From NCBI GenBank assembly GCA_944325695.1, contig CALVBA010000017.1, positions 1 to 24,000 on the forward strand: 24,000 nucleotides of DNA, given 5' to 3'. Shown in pieces: positions 16,763 through 22,856 of the stretch (its first letter is position 1; every line of letters begins with the position of its first letter). The DNA is from an uncultured Anaeroplasmataceae bacterium (GTDB taxonomy: Bacteria; Bacillota_I; Bacilli_A; Acholeplasmatales; Anaeroplasmataceae). Below the pieces are notes generated by a model. It was not told the origin of the DNA and searched no databases. It saw only the letters and a list, made by a program, of their open reading frames with translations. Made by a program: the position numbers and the translations under genes.

Positions 16763-19015
16763 TTACTTTTTATTTTTTTTCAACTTTTTTAATTCTTTCC
16801 TATATAACTTCTCGTATAATTTACGTTCTTTCTTTGATAAATTATTTATATCAAATGCAATTTCACTTGTAGAAGATTCATCTTCCTCAGTATTTTCTTG
16901 GTCATTTTCCTCTACTTTTTCACCATAATAATTATCATAGTATTGATTATAAAGCTCGTCCATATAATCATCATATTCGCGTTGTTCATCTAGTTCTTCT
17001 TTGATTTCTGACATACTTTGCTTTATGTTATCCATTTCTGATTTGTTTAACAAAATAAAATCATCCATTGTTTTTTTGCTATCTAAAATAGCTTGCTCAA
17101 TACTTCTTGTTATTACGAAATGATCGAATTTATTTGTAGCATTTTCTAAGCGATTTGATAAATTAATGATTTGTTCTTTCATGTTTCTATTAATTTCATC
17201 TGTTAATTGCCGATATGTATCCATATCATCTTGAATTTTCTTCATATTTTGTGCAAACATTTCATTAATATATCCATAAACTTGCTGTAGTTTATTATTA
17301 GTAACTTCTTCAATTATCTTATTTACTTCTTCTAAAGAAACACCTTTTTCAGCTTTTTCTAATGTATTAATACGGTCTTCTAAATGTGCATGCATTTCAA
17401 CTGTAGCAAGACTTCCGATTTCTTCATTTTGTATTGTATTTATATTAGAATTTATTTTATCGCAAGTCTCATCAATATACTGATATAGATTATTTGTAAT
17501 TTGATCTAATTCTTCACTAAAATCCCCAATTTTTTCATCAATATATCCCTTTAGGGTATCTGTTTCATTATTGTTTTCTGTAATTGATTGAATCTTAGCA
17601 TCAACATAATCATGAATATCTGATAAGGTCATAACTTCAAAATCATTATTTTCAACTGAAACAACTTCGCTTTTTTCTGATATATTTTCGATTGTTTCTT
17701 CTAATAGATTAATCTTTTCTGTAATTTCATTTAGTATGTTATTATCTACTATTTTTTCACTGTGATCAAGTGTACTTAAGCTATTTTGAAGTCCATTAAC
17801 TTTATCGACAAGTTCATTATAAAATTCTACACCTTCATCATCACTTGCTTGTAATTGTGCAATTTTGTCATCGATATCATTTAATTTAGTTGTTACATTA
17901 TTATCCAAATTTTCATTTTGAATAAATTGGATTTTTTCCTCTAAAAAAGCAATTTTTTTAATTAATTCATTAGAATCTGTAATATTTTCATTTGTCTTTT
18001 CTTCTTTTAATGATGTAATCTCAGTTTCTAAATTAGTGATTTTATTTTGTAATTGTTCAATAATATTTGTTATTTCATCTTTATAAACAATTTCCCCTTG
18101 TTCTACTTCATCTTCAATATTTTCTTCTTGTGGCTCTTCTTCAATATAATTAAATTGACGAGGAAAATATTGTTGTACATCATCGACAATATAATCGAAT
18201 GCTTGTTCTGACCATAATTGACTTTCAAAACGACGATTTAAAATATATTCAACTAATTCTTCTTTTTTCAATTCAATTGAAGCTTTGATATTGTTATCTT
18301 TGCAAAACCGTTGTAACGATACAATTGACCCTTTTTTTAGTTTTTCAACAATTGCATCATCTAATTTACAAACTTTTTCCAATTCTTCAAAAATAATTTG
18401 TAATAATTCTTCTTTTTTTAGACGTTTTGGAACGTTGATTTTATATTTATTGTTTCCCAAATCACGGATATCAACTAATGTAGATGAAGCGGCCAATACT
18501 CTTCTAAAAGTAGCTATACCTAATCCATCAAATTCTTCTTTTTCATCCACAAAAATAGATAATAATCTTTGATTATACGATATAATATCTTCTTTATCGC
18601 CAATTCGACTGTTAAATATACTAATTATGTCATTATCTGTTAGACCAATTTGGGTTGCATTTAAAAAAATGCTGTACCATAAATTTTTCTTATATTCAAG
18701 AACAAGCTTACTGTCGGTATAAATATTAAATAAAGATTCTAATTGATACTCACTAAATTCATTAAACCAATTTAAGCGATATAGAAACTCATCACTAAAT
18801 CCGTCAGATCTTAATACTCTACTTTTTTCAACTAAATCTCTAAATGTTAATCTTAATGCATTAATTCGGATTTTTCGTGGTAATTTGATGTTTTTCTTGT
18901 TAAAAAAATCGACAATATGCGTTGAACTTATGATAGCAATTTTTTCAATTTCATCAGATAAAATATAATTTTTGCCATTTAACACAATTAAGTTGTCGCT
19001 TACCGAAATTTGCAT
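16763..19015 (-). CDS. Hypothetical large acidic coiled-coil protein (about 750 aa)
   Basis: Intact ORF. The start is ATG 19015, 7 nt after GGAGG (ATGTATGGAGGTGTTTCTATG). It has a globular N-terminal region of about 300 aa containing two helices of the KKEELLQIIFE / KKEELVEYILN type. Then comes about 400 aa of heptad-like E/N/I/K-rich sequence (NLETEITSLKEEK..., LLEETIENISEK...), an acidic Y-rich stretch, and a basic tail KKERKLYEKLYRKELKKLKKNKK. I recognise no enzymatic motif. Confidence 0.7.
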   Translation of the reverse strand: MQISVSDNLIVLNGKNYILSDEIEKIAIISSTHIVDFFNKKNIKLPRKIRINALRLTFRDLVEKSRVLRSDGFSDEFLYRLNWFNEFSEYQLESLFNIYTDSKLVLEYKKNLWYSIFLNATQIGLTDNDIISIFNSRIGDKEDIISYNQRLLSIFVDEKEEFDGLGIATFRRVLAASSTLVDIRDLGNNKYKINVPKRLKKEELLQIIFEELEKVCKLDDAIVEKLKKGSIVSLQRFCKDNNIKASIELKKEELVEYILNRRFESQLWSEQAFDYIVDDVQQYFPRQFNYIEEEPQEENIEDEVEQGEIVYKDEITNIIEQLQNKITNLETEITSLKEEKTNENITDSNELIKKIAFLEEKIQFIQNENLDNNVTTKLNDIDDKIAQLQASDDEGVEFYNELVDKVNGLQNSLSTLDHSEKIVDNNILNEITEKINLLEETIENISEKSEVVSVENNDFEVMTLSDIHDYVDAKIQSITENNNETDTLKGYIDEKIGDFSEELDQITNNLYQYIDETCDKINSNINTIQNEEIGSLATVEMHAHLEDRINTLEKAEKGVSLEEVNKIIEEVTNNKLQQVYGYINEMFAQNMKKIQDDMDTYRQLTDEINRNMKEQIINLSNRLENATNKFDHFVITRSIEQAILDSKKTMDDFILLNKSEMDNIKQSMSEIKEELDEQREYDDYMDELYNQYYDNYYGEKVEENDQENTEEDESSTSEIAFDINNLSKKERKLYEKLYRKELKKLKKNKK

Positions 19016-19051
19016 AGAAACACCTCCATACATATTATTGATTTCTATTAT

Positions 19052-19080
19052 ATAATATAATAAAATGTTGTTTTTGACAA
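19052..19080 (-). promoter_or_regulatory. SigmaA-type promoter in front of the coiled-coil gene (TTGTCA, 17-nt spacer, TATTAT)
   Basis: The minus strand reads TTGTCAaaaacaacattttattaTATTAT. It lies about 35 nt upstream of ATG 19015 and downstream of the cotE terminator. Confidence 0.45.
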
Positions 19081-19202
19081 GCATTTTAACGATACAAAAA
19101 CATAATAAATTGCATTATAACGCTTTTTTATGCATATTATTATATCTTAAACTAGTTCAATGTTATATATGTATATTATACTACAAAATATCAAAAAAGT
19201 GA

Positions 19203-19231
19203 TATAAAAAAACTGGATTTTCATCCAATTT
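19203..19231 (-). terminator. Rho-independent terminator of cotE
   Basis: The minus strand reads AAATTGGATgaaaATCCAGTTTTTTTATATC. It is a 9-bp stem (one G-U pair) with a GAAA loop and a U-run, 14 nt after the cotE stop. Confidence 0.7.
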
Positions 19232-19244
19232 CTTTAAAAAAAGT

Positions 19245-19754
19245 TTAAGTATTTAAAAATAATTCTTCTACATTAGCGTCAATTTCATCATCAATTGAAT
19301 AAACATCTGACGTATTAAAAACCGTAACTTGCATTTTGGTTTCTCCTATAATTTCGGCAAGTATTTCAAATTGAATATCTAATTCTAGATGTTCATTTAA
19401 AATTTTTGCATTTAAACATGTTGGATGTTTAATAATTTTAGCTAAGATATCATCTGTGTTTTCTAAATATTCTTTAACAATTTGTTTTGTTTTAATATCT
19501 TTTATATATTTTACTTTATGACGCAAGATATCTGTTTTTTCATTGTTATTGCTTGAATACCATACATTTATTTCAAAATTACCGGAAATTTTAACCATTT
19601 CATCAACTCTTGTAGCTTCAAATTCGTGATTGATAATCCAAACTCCTAAAATCGAGTATGGAATAATATCGAAAGGAACTTCTTCTTTTAAATTAAAAAC
19701 TTTTTTTCCTTTAGCAACAATTGCTTTGGTAACAATTTCTCTTATCTCATTCAC
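19245..19754 (-). CDS. cotE: Spore coat morphogenetic protein CotE
   Basis: Colinear with B. subtilis CotE as I recall it: REIVTKAIVAKGKK (REIITKAVVAKGRK), SILGVWIINHEF (SILGGWIINHKY), INVWYS, LAEIIGETK (LAEVVGETK) and an acidic C-terminus. It starts at GTG, 5 nt after AAAGGAGGA. The position between ymcA and mutS is syntenic. Confidence 0.9.
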   Translation of the reverse strand: MNEIREIVTKAIVAKGKKVFNLKEEVPFDIIPYSILGVWIINHEFEATRVDEMVKISGNFEINVWYSSNNNEKTDILRHKVKYIKDIKTKQIVKEYLENTDDILAKIIKHPTCLNAKILNEHLELDIQFEILAEIIGETKMQVTVFNTSDVYSIDDEIDANVEELFLNT

Positions 19755-19773
19755 AAAAATCCTCCTTTAATTA

Positions 19774-19800
19774 TAATATATGAATTAGTTCTTAAAAAGT
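19774..19800 (-). promoter_or_regulatory. Mother-cell sigma (sigmaK/sigmaE-like) promoter candidate for cotE: AC, 16-nt spacer, CATATATTA
   Basis: The minus strand reads cACtttttaagaactaattCATATATTAtaattAAAGGAGGA. It fits the published sigmaK consensus AC-16/17 nt-CATAnnnTA. B. subtilis cotE is transcribed by sigmaE and sigmaK. Such short AT-rich motifs can arise by chance in this genome. Confidence 0.4.
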
Positions 19801-19830
19801 GAAAAAATGTAGGTCTATAATAGATCTACA
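19800..19830 (-). terminator. Rho-independent terminator after ymcA-like gene (overlaps its last codons)
   Basis: The minus strand reads TGTAGATCTAttaTAGACCTACATTTTTTC. It is a 10-bp stem with one mismatch, a 3-nt loop and a U6 run. The stop codon TAG (19815-19817) lies inside the stem. Confidence 0.7.
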
Positions 19831-20135
19831 TTAATTTCTTGTTCGATTATATTACATATATTATTTAAAAGCTCTAATACTTCTTCGAAAGCATTAAAAA
19901 AAGAAACTACCGATGGCTTAGAAAAATATTGATCATAAATAATATTATATTCTTCTTGAAATTTTTCCACATCTTTTTTAAAATACTTAGCATTAACTAA
20001 TGCTTTCTGGGCCTTTTTTACGTCTTTTAACAAGTTTTGATGTTCGTCATTTAAAACAATTGCCTCTAATCGCTTATATTCTTTAACAGGCTCATAATCA
20101 GCAACCATTTCCAATAGACTTTCTAAATTATTCAA
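19815..20135 (-). CDS. YmcA/YheA-family protein (RicA-like)
   Basis: 106 aa and all-helical. The segment EYKRLEAIVLNDEHQNLLKDVKKAQKALVNAKYFKKDVE parallels B. subtilis YmcA (FFKRAEAQINENDK...IKALQKQAVNLKHYEKHEA). Its position between miaB (ymcB) and cotE is syntenic. It overlaps the miaB 3' end by 8 nt. Confidence 0.65.
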   Translation of the reverse strand: MNNLESLLEMVADYEPVKEYKRLEAIVLNDEHQNLLKDVKKAQKALVNAKYFKKDVEKFQEEYNIIYDQYFSKPSVVSFFNAFEEVLELLNNICNIIEQEINVDLL

Positions 20136-21573
20136 CTAACTCACCTTTAACAAACCACGTTTTAGCCTCAGTAATTCGTACTTTAACTAATGATCCAATT
20201 AAAGATTTATCGCCTACAAAGTTAACTAATTTAAAATGTTCGCTATATCCACAAACCATTCCAGGTTCTTTAGCTTCTTCATCAACTAGTACTTCTACAA
20301 CTTTTCCAACGAAACGTTCATTTCCTTCTTTATAAAAACGATTTGTATGTTCAACTAGTTCATTTAATCGAGCATGTTTTTCTTCTTCCGTTAATAAATT
20401 TTCATATTTACTAGCTGGTGTTCCTTCACGAGGAGAATAAATAAATGTAAATGCCCCATCAAATTTAACTTCATCAACAAGTTCAAGTGTATCTTGGAAT
20501 TGTTCTTGTGTTTCTCCAGGGAAAGCAACAATAATATCAGTTGTAATAGCAATTCCAGGAATTGCTTTTTTTAATTTTTCAATTAAAACTAAATATTCAT
20601 CTTTTGTATATTTACGATTCATTCGTTTTAAAACTTCGTCATTTCCAGATTGAACAGGTAAATGAATATGTGGCATTACTGATTTACATGTTGCCATAGC
20701 TTGAATTGTTTTATCATCTAAATCTCGTGGATGACTTGTAGTATATCGAATACGTTTGATTCCTGTTTTATCTAAATCAACTAATAAATCACCAAACGTA
20801 TATCCATTATCTAAATCTTTACCATAGGCATTAACATTTTGTCCTAATAAAGTAACCTCAACATATCCTTCAGAAACTAAACTCTTAACTTCATTTATTA
20901 CATCGTCTTTATCACGGCTACGTTCTTTACCACGAGTATATGGCACGATACAATATGTACAAAATTCATCACATCCGTACATAATATTTACCCATGCACG
21001 ATGTTTATTAGCACGTTTTTTTGGCATATTTTCAACAATCTTACCTTCAGTAGATAAAACTTCAATTACCTTATCTTTTGACATATAAGTATCATAAATA
21101 ATTCTTGGCAGATTATTAATATTATGCGTACCAAATACAATATCAATTTGATGATATTTTTCTAATAACGTATTAACGACATTCTCTTCTTGTGGCATAC
21201 ATCCACAAATTCCAATAATCATATCCGGATTATTACGTTTGGCTTGTTTTAAACGTCCTAAAACTCCCCAAATTTTATTTTCGGCATTTTCACGAACAGC
21301 ACAAGTATTAATAATAACAACATCATTTTCATCAGTTGTAGTTCCTTTTTCATATCCTAGGCTTTCTAAAATACCGCTTATTATTTCACTATCTGCTTCA
21401 TTTCCCTGGCATCCATAAGTTAAAACGGAATATGTTTTTCCATTACCAATGTTTTCATATTTGTTTTCTAAATTATATCTAACTGTTTCAATTTCTTTTT
21501 CAATTCTTTTACGAGCCTTTTTTAAATCAGGCATAAAATATTTCTCTAAGTTTTTGTCTAATTTTTTTTTCAT
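20128..21573 (-). CDS. miaB: tRNA-2-methylthio-N6-dimethylallyladenosine synthase (radical SAM methylthiotransferase)
   Basis: N-terminal UPF0004 domain (TYGCQGNEADSE, NTCAVRENAE), the radical-SAM motif CDEFCTYCIVPYTRG, and a C-terminal TRAM domain. Confidence 0.95.
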   Translation of the reverse strand: MKKKLDKNLEKYFMPDLKKARKRIEKEIETVRYNLENKYENIGNGKTYSVLTYGCQGNEADSEIISGILESLGYEKGTTTDENDVVIINTCAVRENAENKIWGVLGRLKQAKRNNPDMIIGICGCMPQEENVVNTLLEKYHQIDIVFGTHNINNLPRIIYDTYMSKDKVIEVLSTEGKIVENMPKKRANKHRAWVNIMYGCDEFCTYCIVPYTRGKERSRDKDDVINEVKSLVSEGYVEVTLLGQNVNAYGKDLDNGYTFGDLLVDLDKTGIKRIRYTTSHPRDLDDKTIQAMATCKSVMPHIHLPVQSGNDEVLKRMNRKYTKDEYLVLIEKLKKAIPGIAITTDIIVAFPGETQEQFQDTLELVDEVKFDGAFTFIYSPREGTPASKYENLLTEEEKHARLNELVEHTNRFYKEGNERFVGKVVEVLVDEEAKEPGMVCGYSEHFKLVNFVGDKSLIGSLVKVRITEAKTWFVKGELVE

Positions 21574-21647
21574 TTTCTATACCACCACTTCTAATTATAC
21601 TAACTTATTATATCTTCTAATTTAGTAGTTTTTTTAAGATACGTATT

Positions 21648-21676
21648 ATTTTACCATAATTTAAAATGATAATCAA
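21648..21676 (-). promoter_or_regulatory. Candidate promoter for miaB (TTGATT, 17-nt spacer, extended -10 TGgTAAAAT)
   Basis: The minus strand reads TTGATTatcattttaaattaTGgTAAAAT. It lies downstream of the spoVS terminator and about 75 nt upstream of the miaB ATG. The -35 element overlaps an inverted repeat at 21672-21687. Confidence 0.4.
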
Positions 21677-21691
21677 TTAAAATTGATATGA

Positions 21692-21733
21692 TAAAAAAGA
21701 AAGTTGAAGAATACTTAAAGTATTATTCAACTT
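21692..21733 (-). terminator. Rho-independent terminator of spoVS
   Basis: The minus strand reads AAGTTGAATAATACtttaaGTATTCTTCAACTTTCTTTTTTAT. It is a 14-bp stem with one mismatch, a 5-nt loop and a U-rich tail, 7 nt after the spoVS stop. Confidence 0.8.
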
Positions 21734-21740
21734 ATAATTT

Positions 21741-22001
21741 TTATGCCACTTTTACAATCAACTTTATCGCTGTACGTTCTTCTCCATCAATTAAAATATC
21801 TGAAAAAGCTGGAATACAAACTAAATCTTTTCCTGTTGGGGCAACATATCCGCGAGCAATTGCAATGGCTTTAATAGCTTGATTCAATGCTCCAGCACCA
21901 ATTGCTTGCACCTCAACAACTTGAAAATCTTTAAAGGCATTAGCTAAAGCTCCTGCAACTTTATTTGGTAATGATTTTGATGACACTTTTAAAACTTCCA
22001 T
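21741..22001 (-). CDS. spoVS: Stage V sporulation protein S
   Basis: 86 aa and nearly colinear with B. subtilis SpoVS: MEVLKVSSKS.PN.VAGALA...IQAIGAGALNQA.KA.AIARG.VAP.G.DL.CIPAF.DI.IDGEERTAIKLIV. The SD AGGAGGA lies 6 nt upstream. Confidence 0.95.
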   Translation of the reverse strand: MEVLKVSSKSLPNKVAGALANAFKDFQVVEVQAIGAGALNQAIKAIAIARGYVAPTGKDLVCIPAFSDILIDGEERTAIKLIVKVA

Positions 22002-22051
22002 ATAATTTCCTCCTATTTTTTGATAGTAAATTATATGCTCGTTTAAATTTA

Positions 22052-22813
22052 TTATTCTTCAATATGAATTCTTGTGATTTTTGGTTTATCTAAAATCGTA
22101 AAATCGAGTAAAACGGCATTAAATTGCATTTTTCCTGTAGCAACTTTATTTGGTTCACTAAATCCATTTACAAATCTTGAAATAATAACATTTCGATCAA
22201 CTCCAATGACACCTTCTAATGGCCCAGTCATTCCGATATCTGAAATATATAAAGTTTTATTTGGTAAAACTCTTTCATCAGATGTTTGAACATGAGTGTG
22301 TGTACCAATAACAGCGTGAGCAATACCGTCCAAATAATATCCTAAAGCAATTTTTTCACTTGTAGCTTCAGCATGAAAGTCAATTATGTAATAATCACTT
22401 GGCACGTTTTGAATGATTTCTTTTGCTACTTTAAATGGATTGTCTAAACTCATTTCAAAATAAACACGTCCTAAAAGATTTATAACCGTAATTTTTTTAC
22501 CGTTATAGTTAATAGTCACATATCCTTTTCCGGGAGCATTATAGTTTGCGGGACGACATAAGTTATTTACTTCATCGATATAATCAAGAATTTCTTTTTG
22601 TCCGAACGTATGATTTCCCATAGAAATAACGCTAACATTTAATTCCATTAATTCTTTATAGTGTTTTTTACTTAAACCGCGTCCATGAGTAATATTTTCT
22701 CCATTCACCATTAATAAGTTATAATTATATTTTTCTTTTAACATCGGTAATAATTTTTTCAAGTAGGTAATCGAATTACTTGAATACATATCTCCAACAT
22801 AAAGTATTTTCAT
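22052..22813 (-). CDS. ymdB: YmdB-type metallophosphoesterase (2',3'-cyclic-nucleotide 2'-phosphodiesterase family, TIGR00282-like)
   Basis: Motifs ILYVGDMYS, VNGENITHGRG, MGNHTF, DFHAEATSEK and GTHTHVQTSD. The position between rny and spoVS matches B. subtilis. Confidence 0.92.
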   Translation of the reverse strand: MKILYVGDMYSSNSITYLKKLLPMLKEKYNYNLLMVNGENITHGRGLSKKHYKELMELNVSVISMGNHTFGQKEILDYIDEVNNLCRPANYNAPGKGYVTINYNGKKITVINLLGRVYFEMSLDNPFKVAKEIIQNVPSDYYIIDFHAEATSEKIALGYYLDGIAHAVIGTHTHVQTSDERVLPNKTLYISDIGMTGPLEGVIGVDRNVIISRFVNGFSEPNKVATGKMQFNAVLLDFTILDKPKITRIHIEE

Positions 22814-22828
22814 TGCATATCTCCTTTC

Positions 22829-22856
22829 TAAAAAAAAAGAAGCTTAAAGCTTCTTT
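22829..22856 (-). terminator. Hairpin plus U-run between rny and ymdB (terminator or attenuator)
   Basis: The minus strand reads AAAGAAGCTTtaAAGCTTCTTTTTTTTTAGAAAGGAG. It is a 9-bp stem with a 3-nt loop and a U-run. It starts at the rny stop codon and ends at the ymdB SD. Confidence 0.65.

Noticed and set aside
21562-21570. Homopolymer runs inside or next to coding starts as phase-variation switches: A9 after the miaB ATG, and A8 runs in the P/Q/Y gene at 16185-16192 and 16682-16689
   Set aside because: These runs encode Lys-rich segments (AAA codons), which are expected at this base composition. They occur in housekeeping genes such as miaB, where phase variation is implausible. No frameshifted remnants are visible.
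22002-22100. A sigmaH-type promoter for spoVS (AAGAATT...GAAGAATAA at the ymdB 3' end)
   Set aside because: The match to the sigmaH consensus (AGGAwwT ... GAAT) is partial, and I could not verify the spacing. Such A/T-rich strings are common here, so the support is too weak for a feature call.
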